Source: the human T2T-CHM13v2.0 reference genome, Homo sapiens. From it: a DNA stretch of 64,000 bases. The DNA is taken from assembly GCF_009914755.1 (NCBI RefSeq), contig NC_060925.1. One strand, given 5' to 3'. Under the pieces are notes generated by a model. The model had not been told where the DNA came from, ran no database searches, and saw only the letters and a list, made by a program, of their open reading frames with translations. The stretch's first letter is position 1; each line of letters begins with the position of its first letter. Positions 49,890 to 64,000 of the stretch are shown piece after piece. The position numbers were made by a program, and so were the translations under genes.

Positions 49890-50630
49890 TTCATTCTTGA
49901 AACTAGAGTGATTTTTTGTTTCTGTGGCCACTTCTTTTTCTAAGAGAGACATGTGATCATGCCGCTTCATTGCTTAAATTCTTCAATGGCTCCCTGCTGT
50001 CCTCAGGGCAAAGTTTATACTTCTTAGCCTGGTACGCAAGGCCATTCATGATCATTTACACATACAGCAAGGTCATTCATAATCACTTACACACACACAC
50101 ACACATGCACACACATGTTTACCTCTCAGGCCTATCTTTCTTTGAACCACCCGCTCCTTGCTTCCTCCTCTGTGGACTCTAGGTTCTAGGCTTGCTGAAT
50201 TATATATTGTTCCCTAATCACGCCTCCAGTTCTCTGTACATGGTGTTCTCTCTGCCTCTCATTCTCTCTCCACTAGAAAGAAAGCTCCTTAAGTGTAGCG
50301 ACTTTATTTTGCTCATCACCGCTGTAAACTTCACAGCTAGAATACTGCCCAGCACACAGTATTTCCTCATGTCACCTAAATTACTCTCGCAGACTTTTCC
50401 TCCAGGCCGCATCTCAGATGTCACTTCCTCCCAGAAGTCCTCCTGACATCACAATCAGGTTTTAATTCTCTTTTTCTGGTCCCTTAGATCATATCATGCT
50501 TACATCTATCATAGCATTGATAAGACTCTATTTTCTCTCAACTCACCTGACGCCTTAGTCAGAAAACATGAGAGCATGACTATGTCTTGTACATCATTGT
50601 AATATTCACAGTACCAAATACAGGCACATG
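49890..50630 (+). mobile_element. L2 LINE fragments
   Basis: ctagagtgatttt...cttcaatggctccc...ctagaaagaaagctcc...cagatgtcacttcctcccagaagtcctcctg. Confidence 0.7.
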
Positions 50631-50717
50631 GGGTGAGAGTAGTAGGGGGACACTCATCTCTGGAACCAGCATATAAAGCCACCACAAAGATGCTACTCTT
50701 GACAATTTCAGAACCTA

Positions 50718-50851
50718 AGCCAGGCACTATGGCATGTGCCTGTAGTCCCAGCTATTTGGGAGGCTAGGGCAGGAGGATTGCTTGAGCCTAGGAGTTCAAG
50801 ACCAGCCTGGGCAACAAAGCAAGACCCCATTTCAAAACAAAAATAGAAAAA
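50718..50851 (+). mobile_element. FLAM_A-like Alu monomer
   Basis: gccaggcactatggcatgtgcctgtagtcccagc...ggagttcaagaccagcctgggcaac plus A-tail. Confidence 0.88.
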
Positions 50852-51410
50852 TTCTAGGGCAACATGGGCCAAGTGGGTGGAGAGAGAGACAGAACAGATA
50901 CAATACCTTAGCAATGGATACCATTTACCCTTGCTATGCTACTGTCCAAAGAAGATATCTGGCATATAATCAGCATAAAATATGGATGAAAGAATGACTG
51001 AATGAATGAAGCAAGTGTCAGAGCTGGTGTGTCCACTCACAAACAGCTTTTCTAGTTTGATGCTATTCAGCAACCCCCTCCTCCTGTAGTATTATAACCA
51101 ACATGGTGGAATTAGAAAAGTGACATCCAAGACATTAGGGATCAGGAATAACAGCGTCAGTGCATGTCAGTTATGGACAATTTCCAGTTAGCTGTACTCC
51201 ACCAGTTTCTGACCCCACTAACAATTCTGCTTCCGGATAAACTGTAAGACATGTTTCAGGAGGCCATAAGAGAGCTCATCCTTTCTGCATTCCCACCAAT
51301 AGAGTCTTCTCCAAACTCTGATCAGTTGCCTTCTCTTCAAAGCCTGCCTCACACACTAGTGTCACCTGGAAAGAATGTCCTACGAGCCCTGCCTAAAAGA
51401 AAAACTCCTT

Positions 51411-51778
<368 letters not shown>

Positions 51779-52139
51779 CTATTTGCCTGGGCCACCTTGT
51801 CATGTTGTTTACTATAAAATACATATGTTCTGTTGACATGTAGGCTGAAAATCCCATAACAGATGCTGGATGTATTCAGTGGGTGGCTGTGACTCCTCTA
51901 GGGACCACAGTGACCCACTGTGTGCATTCATTATCTCCACTTCCTAGCATATTATGTAACTTAGGACATGTTTGTTGGGAAACTCTCCTCTTCTCCTCCA
52001 CCGCCCCCTACATTAAAATCAATCCTTTAGGGTTTAGAAATTCAATGTAATTCAACAATCAGTTGTTGGAATTATTCCTATGGGCCCAGACTGCACCAGG
52101 AGGTAGAAAGGACCCTATATTTCCTGCGGACTTCCTCCG

Positions 52140-52330
52140 TACCAGGCATGGGGCCACCATTCCATTTAATCCTCTCTTCAGTCTTGGAAGGTAGAAACTA
52201 TCAACCCCACTTTACAGGAGAGAAAGTTCTAGTTTTCAGAAGTTAGAGTAGCCCTCCCAAGGATATGTCACTATTAGTCTGAGACATGATATTCAATGTC
52301 TGATTCCAAAGGCCACATCCTTTCTAATCA
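52140..52330 (-). mobile_element. MIR SINE
   Basis: ccatttaatcctc...ccccactttacaggagagaaag...tctgattccaaaggccac. Confidence 0.7.
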
Positions 52331-52639
52331 CCTATTGACCATAGGATTCTATTTATCTTTTTGACAAAAAAAATTATTATTACAGAATTAAAATATGTAA
52401 ATATATGCAAATTTGCTATATAATATATAACATATTATATAACTATATCTATTATAAAATTGAAATTATTATAAATTATTCCAGAAAGATCCTGTTGAAA
52501 TGCACATATTATCTTGGGATACATGCAAAGAGGAAGCAAAGAAGGGAGGAAATGCAGTAGTATAAGTAACTTGGCAGAGAGTATGGCACAGAAACTCAAA
52601 ATGGCTGAGTGCTGATGGGGTAAAGAATTGTGGGAAGGA

Positions 52640-52850
52640 AAAGGCATTGAATATTCATTAAGCTGCTATGATTTGTCAGAGGCTTTTCATATGTTTCCTC
52701 ATTCAATCCTCATACAACTCCATGAGATTATTATCATGAGAAAACTGAGGCTCAGAGAACTCAGTAAATTGTGTAAGTTCATAAAGCAAGGAAGTAGTAG
52801 AGCTTGGATTTGAACCCAGGTCTTTCTGACTGCAGGGGTCCACTCTCCTT
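52640..52850 (-). mobile_element. MIR SINE
   Basis: atgagaaaactgaggctcagaga...ggatttgaacccaggtctttctgact. Confidence 0.85.
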
Positions 52851-53437
52851 CCTTTGTCCCAGCCTACTTCTGAACAGGCCCCACGGGGGCCTTGAGCGTA
52901 AGTAACATAAAAATAGGAAATGAATGGAGGAGGAGTGTAGAAGTGAAATGGAATCAACAGAGGTACCATGAAGAGATTTTGCTTATTCCCAAGTTAGCCT
53001 GGGCCCCTGCCCAATATGGTACAAGAAATCCCTGGTTCTCAGCGCAGCCCTGCCGATAACTGAGTACAGGTCACCTAGGAAGTCATAACCTTTCCAGGGC
53101 TCAGAAAATTCCTCTCCTAGAAAATTAGTTTTTTGAACAAGGTGGTCTAAGACCCATGCAGCCATGAGGTCCTTAAAATCTAGAAAAAGTAAGCACAAAA
53201 TAGAATATTTTCCACTTATTAATTACTGTCCAAGTTCCTTCCTGAAGAGCTAAGCATGTCCAGAGTGGACGTGTTGCCCAAAGGGTGCTTCTGTCACTGT
53301 GTTGTTTGTCTATCTGGGCCTGGAGGAGGTGATAAATATTGATTAAGGCATTGATATGGTGCTAAGGGAAAAATGTATTAGCACACTTGTACAATGCCCT
53401 AGAGGTGCAGTCTTCCTTGGTTCTCAAGGAAGAATTT

Positions 53438-53800
53438 TTTATTCAGTCAACAAACATTTACTGAGGCCCCCCAACACAGTGCTCCATGCCATCGATATAG
53501 GAGTAAACCAGCAGCCAACATAGGCATTAAACAAATAATTACACAAATAAGTAACAACGGTTGTGTTTTATTTGGGGTCACTTGGGGAGCTGTGGGAAGG
53601 CTTAGGCAGGGAAGTCACATTGTCAGATTTGTACAACTCTGGCTCCTACATGAATTAGAGATGCTGAGATAGGAGGCCATGAGAAAATCCATTGCAACAA
53701 TCTGGGAGAGACGTGTTGAGGCTCTGAATTAAGCCAGGGTCAGTGGGGATGCTCACAGACCACATTCTTGAGAGATAGAGGAGTGAGCTAGATGGATATG
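53438..53800 (-). mobile_element. L2 LINE fragment
   Basis: attcagtcaacaaacatttactgagg...attgcaacaatctgggagagac. Confidence 0.7.
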
Positions 53801-54264
53801 TAATGTTCACGACACTCCTATGGCTGGCGTTGCTGGCAGGAGGGGGTGTATAATACTAATCACCATGCACTAGGCTTGCTTCGTTCACCCATCCAGGGAG
53901 GCAAGATGCCAAGAGGCACAGGTGTTCCCTGCCATCGAAGGAGGCCTCTGCCTCTCTTGATTGCATAAACAGGCCTCCCGCCTTCCTGCCTCCTTAGCAT
54001 CCAGCATCACCCCAGGGAGCCCTGGCCTCCCATTCAGGGTGCTCTCAGCAGGGAGGCACAATGTCTGGCGGGATCTGAAAAAGGGTGAAGCCCCTTCATG
54101 GGCATCCTGGAAGGGCTGTGAGTCCATTCTGTGGGCCCAGCATCGCGTGATCTCCACACTCACTGCCATCTGTTTCCTATCAAGGCTGAACACAAGCTCG
54201 TGCGTGTGGTCACAATTGCACAGAAAAATCACTCGGCCAACAAATATGGAAATGTCAGCTTCAT

Positions 54265-54300
54265 TCTCTCTCTCTTTCTCTCTCTCTTTCTCTTTCTCTG

Positions 54301-54351
<51 letters not shown>
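54265..54351 (+). repeat. Compound (CT)n(CA)n microsatellite
   Basis: Visible directly. Confidence 0.97.
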
Positions 54352-54352
<1 letters not shown>

Positions 54353-54599
54353 CTGACTTAAAAAATAGGCATTTAAAATATTGACCCTTTCTAAGATGTC
54401 CTCCCCCAACCCCAAGGAAAATATAATGGCATCAAATTCCCCTTGCAGTCCATACTTTATTTAAAGGGTGGATGGGGGAACCTCAATGCACATGTACAAG
54501 GGCCAAACCAAAATAGGAAATATGAGCAAAGTGGTTGCATCCTTTTGCAATCAACTATTATAAAAGCTGGCCATCTCCTGTTCTACAAGAAGACATGGG

Positions 54600-55860
54600 G
54601 TTTCCAACCAGCCAAGTTTTATTTTACATAATTGTAACCATCTCAGCATGTCAATTAAGATAGAATGTTACCTTTGGGATGGGATCAATTAGGGCCCTGA
54701 AGATTGAATTTGGAATCATGATTAGCCTGTTTTACATTTTGCCTTCATTTTCTAAAATATACAATTGTCTGATTCAGCCCAATTTTTAAAAACATATTGT
54801 AAACTTATTTATTTTTTTAAGCCAAAACAGACGTGGGAGGCCAGTTAGTAACAGAAACCATAGCAAAATGGAGGATGAGGAGGTGGGGTTTTCTATTTGA
54901 TTAGAGTCGAATCTTAAATTTCCACAGCAAGAAAATATTGAATGTAGTGTAATGGTTGCTGGATTTTCTTAAGAACTGAAATCATTACACCCTGGCTGCG
55001 ATCCAGGTTCTTCCCTTTTTTAGGTTACAATTTGAAACGGTGCAGAACATGCTATAGTATTGTAGTCATTTATGTAATGTCATTGAATCGAGCTTCTGGA
55101 AATAGACAAAGGACTTTGTGTCCTGAAATGGTCTTCTGGCAGAAAATTGATAGCAACATGAGATATGCTATTACTAGGTTTGCTTCTGCCTCCAAATTTG
55201 TGCTGACTAAAGTAATTGAGAGAAAGACAGAGAGGGAGAGAGAAAGAGAGAGAGGGAGGGAGGGAGAGAGAACAGGCAAGTGAACTTACAACTGTGTAGG
55301 GAAGCTAAATACTTAAAACAAATGCTGCATAGAGGGAAGGCACACATTTCCTAGCAGAAATGTGCAAGTTTTTCAGGGTCACTAAAATAATGTGAACCTC
55401 TTTGCTTGCTTTTCTGAAGTTGTTGTTTCCCAATTGGAGACAATGAATATGCAAATACATGACATGAACCCCCCACCACCCCGGTAATTCTCCCAAGCCC
55501 TCCCCTCCCATTCCAGCCCTCCAAAGTGTTTTGCCTTCATTGAAACCCCTTGTCTGGAGCTTTTGCCAGATTCATCAGAATGACAGGCGAGTCCAGCTTC
55601 ACCAACCAAAGATGCAGCCTGAATGCAAATCAAACCCAGGCCTGGACACTCTAGCCAGGACACATGGTGTTAGGCACAAGCCCATGCCCTGCCCATTTTT
55701 GCCCCCCGCCTCCAGTGCCCTTCTGAGATTTGTCATCTTCATTGCAACAGTCACTTTCAGAAAGAAAAGTTAGAGCTGTTTGCGCATGAAGTGAGAGATA
55801 TGTCAATAAGCCCCCTTTCCACATAAATAGCACATCAAAATATTACCAAATAATGCTGTT
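54600..55860. promoter_or_regulatory. Candidate conserved non-coding element / developmental enhancer
   Basis: No recognisable transposon; multiple TAATT/CAATTA homeobox cores, palindromic ACAAAG-GA-CTTTGT (55106-19), TGCTGAC half-MARE (~55201), ATGCAAAT octamers (~55449, ~55623). Confidence 0.4.
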
Positions 55861-57125
55861 GACTTTGCCAACAGGCAGAGGACTCCATCTGGAGATAATA
55901 TCTTCCAACTGAGAGGCATCCTAAGTGCCCTTTCCTAGGCAACAGGCAAAGTGACCATTCTGTGGCTAAATCCTGTCCTGTCTATGTGCAAGGGCAATCC
56001 TCTTCATCTTCCATTGTGCCCACACCACCTACACTGGATCCTGGAGTTGTCTGCTCCCATCCAAAATGAATTCATTGGTCCTCTTTCCTTTGTGATTACA
56101 ACAGCACCGTCCACTTCTGACCACACTCACTATATCGAAGTATCCTCCAGAGATGTCCAAAATAGCCAATACCAGATTCTAACCAGGGACAGAGCTGGCT
56201 GGCTTCACCAATAATCTCCATTCATCTGCTCCTATCAACACAGAGACAACAGAAAAACTTGCTGTTGGGTCAGCTCTGCATGGTGTCAGGAGTGACACCT
56301 GAACAAAGTCTTCCCTGCTTCCGCTAGCACATGGGTCTCTCCTGTCTGCGAACTCCAATGTAATTAGAGTCTGAGCCACATAGATATGCTTTCTATTGTT
56401 CTCCTCAGTTATTCAAGAAATTCTTGCTGAGCATTTATTACATGCAAAGAACAGGAAGGCAACAAAGGTGAACCAAATATCAGTAGAGGTCCCCCAGCTC
56501 TTCCTAATCAGTGTGAATCCCCACTTATTCCACTGACATTTTAAGATTTCTGAGGATTCTTGGAGGGGCTTGTGTTCTTACGGTCATCCAGGTCTACAAG
56601 GTCCTTTCTCAGTGCCATCTCTGCCTTGGCCCATGTCCACCTGTCCATGAGAGAGGTCATTTCTATTTATATAAAAGCTCTTGCAAAGCATTTGTGAGTT
56701 CAGGAGATTTTTGGCAGATGTCACTGCGATATGGAGAGACGAGGAGGGAGTAATGACACAGTAACACAACATCATGTTAAGCACGAAATGTAAAATATGG
56801 CACCATCTTAAAAGCAGAAGATTGCAAGTGAAACTTCACTCAGACCTCCCTTAGCTCACGTCTTTCCTTCCCACCAGCTCAGCCTCACCCCACATAATTC
56901 TCTACCCCTTTGTACTCTTCTCTTCTCTTCCCTCTCAAGAGAAAAAAGAAATCTCATATTCTCAGATGCAACTGTTTAAACCATTCTCTTTTTTGGAAGG
57001 GAGGAGGGAGAGGAGTGATAATGATTTCTGAAGGCTGGGTTTAAAACACTCATACCCTCAGATCTCAGATACCTTTAATGAGTCATCAAGGGTTTTTTCC
57101 CTCAAACAAAGACAATTTCCTCCCC

Positions 57126-57127
<2 letters not shown>

Positions 57128-57164
<37 letters not shown>
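57128..57164 (+). repeat. (CA)n microsatellite
   Basis: Visible directly. Confidence 0.97.
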
Positions 57165-57168
<4 letters not shown>

Positions 57169-57544
57169 ATTGTTGGTGCCAACTGTTAAAATAACAAATA
57201 ATTCTGCCTTATTACACACAAAGGGATATGATGCCATTCTATTTAGTATTCCCTGCCATTTTCTGATCATCTTCTATGTCCTAGGAAATGTCCCAGGCCC
57301 TCCAAGCATGCAAATTCACTTAATCCTTGCCACAATTTACTGTGGTAAAGAAACTGAAGATGGGAGCAGTTACATTGTCCGGGGCCACCTAGAGCATTCT
57401 GATCCTAAAACTGTTATCTTAAGCAATAAATTACTCTGCCTCCCATAATTCAGAAGGCTGAATTATTTGCAAGGTACTATGAGAGGTATAAAGAGCAAAA
57501 GGCAGGGGCCCAGGTCACTTAACATAGTAAGCCATTGGAAACAA

Positions 57545-57785
57545 GGAATTACGACTTCAGAGAAAGACCTGAGTTTGAGTCCCAGCTGTGCTAGGGATTT
57601 GTTGCATGACATCAAGTAAGTCACTCCACCACTCTGAGCCTCAGGTTCCTCATATATAAAATGAAAATGCTAACAGTGCATACCCCATTAGGTTATCTTG
57701 GGGACTCAAGGAGATAAGGCATGGGAAGCACTCAATACAGTGCTTGGCATGTGATGAGCCCTGAATAAATGTTACCTTTCATTAG
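57545..57785 (+). mobile_element. MIR SINE
   Basis: gacctgagtttgagtcccagctgtgc...ctctgagcctcaggttcctcatatataaaatg...gtgcttggcatgtg...aataaatgtt. Confidence 0.88.
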
Positions 57786-58539
57786 TATATTGAACATGAT
57801 TTTATAGCTTACCTTGTGGATTTGGCATTTTATGATGCTTCTTTCTGCTGCTGAATACACTTTGTAAAAATCATTGAGATAGTTAACGTCTTGCTTCATT
57901 TATCTATTGGAGAATAGTGTTGTTTGTCCTATCAATATGTATAAAGTCATCCTATAGTATTACTAAATCTTTGTTTATATTTGCTCTAAGTGTTTCCCCA
58001 GATGTTTGTCTGCCCTTTAATTTTGCTTAACATACTTTCTGACATGCAGTTAATTTTTATGAAGTCGAACCTATCTAAATTTTACTTTGTGATTCCTTCC
58101 ATTAATTTTAAGGATTTAAAAAATTCCTTTCTACACAGAGATTAGAGAGATATTTATCAACATTTTTTTCTAGGATAAAGATACATTTTAAAATGTAAAG
58201 TGATTCACAAAATAAATAGATTCTGAAATGTGATGTTGGTGGTTTCTTCTATTCATGAGCAACCTCCGTATCTCATGACTTGTATACCTTGGCATAGTGT
58301 TAATAATGATGATCACATAATCCTGTTTGGGGGATTAAATAAGAATCAGATTTAAGTCACTCATCCTGAGAGTTCTTTCATGAGTTAGCCCACTGTCCCC
58401 TTCTCAAGTAGAGAGATTTCTAGAACCTAAGAAGTCACACAGATCTCTAAGAATGCATTCATGAATGTGAAAGATCTGCTTAGTATGGCCCTGGCCCTCA
58501 AGGGGCTCTCTTTGTTTTCCCCATAATTCCTGTGATACA

Positions 58540-58775
58540 GAGAAAAGACTTTGGTATGAGGCTGATCCAGGTTAGGAGTTCAGCCCTACCCTCGACAGTA
58601 TGATTCCCTAAATTCATACATGAGAAATCCCCTGAGGCTCTGTTTCCTCATTTAGAAAATGGAAGAAAATAACAGACCTGATTTCATACGTAGATCTACT
58701 GTGAAGATTAAGGTAATGCATGTAAATCTCTTAGCACACCTGACGAATAACAAATGACCAACAAATATTAGCTAG
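58540..58775 (+). mobile_element. MIR SINE
   Basis: ctctgtttcctcatttagaaaatgg...gtgaagattaaggtaatgcatgtaaa. Confidence 0.8.
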
Positions 58776-58948
58776 TTTTCCGTTTTCTCCACCAGAAGAT
58801 GACCATGGTTGTCCCTAAAGGCCCTGATGCCCAGCATAGACTCTGGAGTAAAACTCCTCTTACTATAGCAGGAGGCGTAAACCTCAGGATAATTCTAGCC
58901 TGATGAGACTGATATGGTAATAACTGGGAGATACTGGATCCAAAGTAC

Positions 58949-59872
58949 AGTGTATTCATTTCCCAGGAATGCCATAACAAATTACCACAAACTAGATGGC
59001 TTCAAAAACAAAATTTTATTCTCTCACAATGTGGGAGGCCAAAAGTCTGAAATCAAGGCACGGGCAGGTTTGGTCTTTCTGGAGGGTCTGAAGGAGACAG
59101 TCCTATGCCTCTCTCCTAGCTTTCAGTGGCTGCGGGTAGTTCTTGGTGCTCTCCAACTGGTATCAACAGTCTTGGCTTCCATCTTCACACCACCTTCTCC
59201 TCTGTGTGTATCTTCCCTTCCTATGAGGACACTTGTCATTGGATTTAGGGCCCACCCAGATATTCCAAGATGATCTCATCTCAAGATCCTTAACTTAATT
59301 ACACTGCAAAGTTGCTTGCTAAAAACAAAGTCATATTTGTTACCAGTGGAGGGTATCCAGGTTCTTGGCATCTTGAACAAAGAACTGGACAAAACACACA
59401 AAGCAAGGAAAGAATGATGCAAAAAAAGCAGAGATCTATTGAAAATGAAAATACAGTCCACAGGGTGGGAGCAGGCCCAAGCATAGGGGCTCAAACCCCC
59501 GTTTACAGAATTTTCTGGGGTTTAAATACCATCTAGAGGTTTCCACTGGTTACTTGGTGTATGCCCTATGTAAATGAAGAGGATGAAGTAAAGTTACAAA
59601 GTCATTTACTCAGTGTAATCCCTATGTAAATAGAGAGGATTTTTCTTGTCATAGCTGAAGTGTTTCCATTTGATTTAGTTCTAGGAAGTCAGCATGAATT
59701 GGCCTTATATTCCCAGCCTCCAGACCCTATTCTCCTGCCTCACATTCACAGATTCAAGGTGAACACATTCTCAGGGTCCAAATGGACACGTATTTTGTTG
59801 GGGGTAGGAAGATGGGGGATGGAGGGAGTGCAGGGGGTCGGGACAGGGGCAGCCATTCAACCCACCATACAT
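58949..59872 (-). mobile_element. MLT1B/C-type MaLR LTR split by an ERV1 LTR
   Basis: gccataacaaattaccacaaact...aagtctgaaatcaagg...aggacacttgtcattggatttagggcccacc...aagtcatatt | cacattcacag...cattcaacccaccatac. Confidence 0.8.
59338..59742 (-). mobile_element. ERV1 solo LTR (MER61/MER51 group)
   Basis: Reverse complement starts TGAGGCAGGAGAATAGGGTCTGGAGGC and ends ...GGTAACA; 4-bp TSD tatt/catt. Confidence 0.85.
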
Positions 59873-60994
59873 AATTTCCTACCATGTAGTGAAAGAGACC
59901 AGATACAGAGAGGTAATGATAATCAGCAGTACCTTGGGCAGTATTTTTGAAGAGTAAGGTGATCATTATCTGGGTTGCAGCATTTTTATCATCTCCTTTA
60001 AACATCTAAAACAACAGAAAACGCAGATATTGAAATTCGTGAAACCCAGAGGGGTAAAAATGATTGCCTGTGTACTATATCAAAAGATCAAAAAGTACAT
60101 CTTTGGAGGAATTCATGGTCACCGGCTGAAAATCCCAAAGATAAACAAGTCAGGAAATCCTCCCAGTTTGTTCTGAACAGGCATTCTCAGCTCAACAAGG
60201 ATTTCTTGATTCTTCCTGCTGCTGGCACTTCTATTGATTGGGAAGGAAGATCCCAGGAGGGAAAGCATCAAGGTGATCTGAATAATATTCTTGAAAATGC
60301 CAATGCTTTGTAAATGCTAAAGATAAAACATGCCGACTATAGAGAGGAACAAGAGGTATCTTTTGTCAAATGAAAGAAACCGTTTGTGTTGTGCACACCA
60401 CGTTTACATTTTTTTACATCCTCTTTCATGGACAGTGTTTTGTAAATTAGTTAAGGTAGTTATAACTGTGGTTCCTCAATTTCAAGACCCATTTTCCCTT
60501 TTCCAGGTCAACTTCACACACACTAACTTTAAGGGATTCCTCTTTATGGGAATTTTGTAATACTCAGAAAATTGTGACTTTAATGAAAGTGTTAGAGAAG
60601 AAATTTAATGGCTTAAAATCAGCTGTGTTATTTGAGAACATAAAGAGAATTTCAAGTCCAAAAACAAAACGGACTAATTATTGGTTCATGTAAATCACTG
60701 AGCATGTAGATAATGAATAAACATTTACATGTGTTTACATAATTTTGTATGAACAAATCTCGGAATCTATCCATTCTTTTCAGCAAGTTTTACTGAGTGC
60801 CTGTTGGGCCAGGGACGATGCTACTCTTTTCCTATTTAGGAGGTGCAGTGGGAGAGTGAAACACACGCCCAGTGTTATCAGTCCTAGGCTGCCCAACCTC
60901 TTCTAGACCTTCTATAGTGATGGGTATTCACTACCCTTCTAGAGCAGCCCATGCCACTGTTGAATCTTCCTAGTGTCCATAGGAAACAAGTAGA

Positions 60995-61152
60995 AAGTTG
61001 GCGAAAATGCAGATTCCTGGAGCCACTCCAGAAATTCTGATTTAGCTAGTGTGCTGTGGGACCCAGGAACCTGTCATATTAACATGCACCTTGGGTGACT
61101 CTGGTGCAATTGTTTCCCAGGTGGTTCACACACCAATATTTTGAAAACTACT
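60995..61152. mobile_element. MER5-type hAT MITE fragment
   Basis: aaaatgcagattcctgg...gggacccaggaacctg...ttaacatgcaccttgggtgactctg...ttgaaaactact. Confidence 0.75.
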
Positions 61153-61329
61153 TGTCCGGTGGAGAGAGAAAGTGTCAATCATGCTGTTAGACCTGATCGG
61201 TGAGCTTGAGGCATGCACAGGGCTGAGCCTCCTGGTAGTGAGTCAGAGGGCAGGAATGGGTACCTCAGACAGTCTCCCTGGAATTACCAAGAAAAAGTCA
61301 CAGTTTTGCAGCCACACAGAAAAAGTCAT

Positions 61330-62200
61330 AGATCACTCTCTCATGAACTGCTTATTGAGTACCAGTTATGTGACATACACTGTTCTTGGTACAGAGGCTA
61401 AGCAAAGAATGAAACAGTCAAAAACCTCATCCTTCTTGGAGCTTACGTGCAAGTGGGGGAATAGCCCTCAATTGTGCTCCATTAGTTTCACTCATGCATG
61501 CATACATTCATCTGTTTCACAAGCATGGATTAGATCAGGCATTGTAGGGGAGTGCCATAGTTCAGAAATAAACACCACAGTCCCTACCTTCTAAGGAACC
61601 TACAGTAAAGGGTGAGAGATGAACTAGTAAAACCTTACAGGACAGTTTATCAAGTGCAAAGATAGAAGAGTCTGGAGGTGTCATGAGAACTCGAAAAGAG
61701 CCAATCAAGGAAAGCCTCCCAGAAAAAGTGACAGTATACCTAACTAAGCCTTGAAGGACAAGCAGGAGGTAACAGCAGCCACAGGCACATCTACATGAGA
61801 GGAAGACACTGCATGGAGCTCAGCATGATTGGAGCAAGGGTGAGCAGCAGAGAAAACCGATCCAGGAAGCTGCAGAGGCAGCTTGACTATGAAGACAGGA
61901 TTGTATCCTGACCTCCATGGGGAGCCACTGAAAGGTGTCAAGCAAAATGGAGTAACTTACTCTGATGTGTGTTTTGGAAAGATATTTCTGAGTTCAGTGA
62001 AAGGAATGAATTAAGAGGGCAGCGAGTAGAGTCAGGAAATGAGAAGGACTTATTACAATAGAACGGGCCACAGTGACAGGGGCCTGAATACACTAAGGCA
62101 CTGTGTATGCAGATGAAGAGGAAGGGACAGAGCTGAGAGATATTTAAGAAGCGGAACTGAGAATACTCGATGACTCGTTAGGTGTCAGGAGTATGAAGAA
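61330..62200 (-). mobile_element. L2 LINE fragments
   Basis: cttattgagtaccagttatgtg...ggaaagcctcccagaaaaagtgac...ggggagccactgaaagg...tgagagatatttaagaag. Confidence 0.8.
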
Positions 62201-62728
62201 TGACAGTCCCTAAAATAGTTGGATGACAATTATGTTCCCAAAATTTCTCATTAGCCTTTCCCTTAGGATTCCCTTAGTTTTCTATTTTTACATCCTCCTG
62301 GTTCCTCCCAGTCTTACTGCTGCTCACCATAAGTGAACCGAATTAATGGAGAGTTTGGCCATGGTCTCTGTGGAACAACTTACTCAAGTTGAATCCACAT
62401 GCTTAAATACCCCAGTCAAATTTAAATTATCTTCAGGGGGTCAAATCAACTAATAAAAAAAAGAATTTAGTGATCATCTAAGGCAGAAAATCCCAAAGAA
62501 TTGGAAATTCTCCTTGCTGAGTAACTGAATCTGGAGTTCATACAAACCAAATTGCCCTCTACGGTATTCAGAAAATAAGGGCAGACCTGCAAATCCAGAA
62601 GAGTGGTTACCTCAAGGGGGCTGGGGGCAATGAGGGCAGAGGAAATACAATTAAAGAAAAGGTAGAGATCTTCCATTATAATTATGGGGTTTTATTCTTT
62701 TGCTGGTGGTGTAATGTAAACGTTGACC

Positions 62729-63038
<310 letters not shown>

Positions 63039-63733
63039 AAATGTTCATCATTTTATACACTGTGTGATGGACCTGAAACGATTCAGACATAACTGAGATC
63101 CCTTTAGGGCTCTGCTCACTGTGATCTGGAGAAAAGGTTCCAGGAGACCCTTTAGCAAGTGACAACTGTTTCTTCTTCACCTGGGTACTGGTAGATTCTT
63201 CTATATCTGAAGGGATCTTATGCATGGAGAGTAATGTCTGTTGCTAGTTGTATTCTGATTGCTTCTTGATAGACTAAACACATGAACCTAGTAAACAAAA
63301 CTTTGAAAATCAAAGGAAAACATTGAAAGAAAGACAACAGAGATAAATTTAAGCCAGTGACTTTTATATCACATAACTCAAAGCCCTAGACACTCTCTAG
63401 AGACAGACAGTTGAGTGACCCATGCTGTGCCTCCTACCCTGGTTTCCCACCAGTGTTTCCACCTGACTATATATTGTACTGGCTCACCACACAGTAGATT
63501 ATTATTAATGATGAGTTCTATAGTTTAAAGACATTTCATAAACAATGGATTTTGAAAATTAGAAATTTTAATTTCCTCCATTTTTCCTTCACAGCCAGAA
63601 TTTAGGCATAGCTAGTTTACTATATACATGCAAACACATATGCGTAATGTATACATACAAACACACACTCACAGTATGGTTAATGACCAAATGGGCCCAA
63701 CAGAAAAGAGCAATATAAAATTACTGAACAAAA

Positions 63734-64000
<267 letters not shown>

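Overview
Primate (very probably human) non-coding genomic DNA: AluJ/S/Y, FLAM, L1, MIR, L2, MaLR/ERV LTRs, hAT/Tigger DNA transposons and microsatellites. I found no supportable protein-coding exon, RNA gene or CRISPR array. The ORF track is explained by Alu, L1, simple repeats or chance, apart from one 105-codon frame that reads as a fossil hAT/Charlie transposase C-terminus (18280-18597, minus). The main structure is the contrast between dense ancient repeats and several transposon-free islands (about 11.7-16.3 kb, 22.3-23.7 kb, 43.1-44.35 kb, 53.8-57.2 kb). These carry clustered developmental TF motifs (triple TCF/LEF, perfect DR1, SOX pairs, forkhead, homeobox, octamer, YY1/ETS/GATA), which suggests a gene-desert or large-intron enhancer landscape, possibly with lncRNA exons. 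Best leads: an exact 24-bp unique-sequence doublet 1602 bp apart carrying a SOXE-dimer-like site, a promoter-like element at ~43.9-44.1 kb that may derive from a Deu-domain (AmnSINE-like) SINE, and a candidate Wnt-response element at ~12.1 kb. Repeat names come from remembered consensus sequences and many boundaries are approximate. I could not identify the locus and cannot claim a new biological system from sequence alone.
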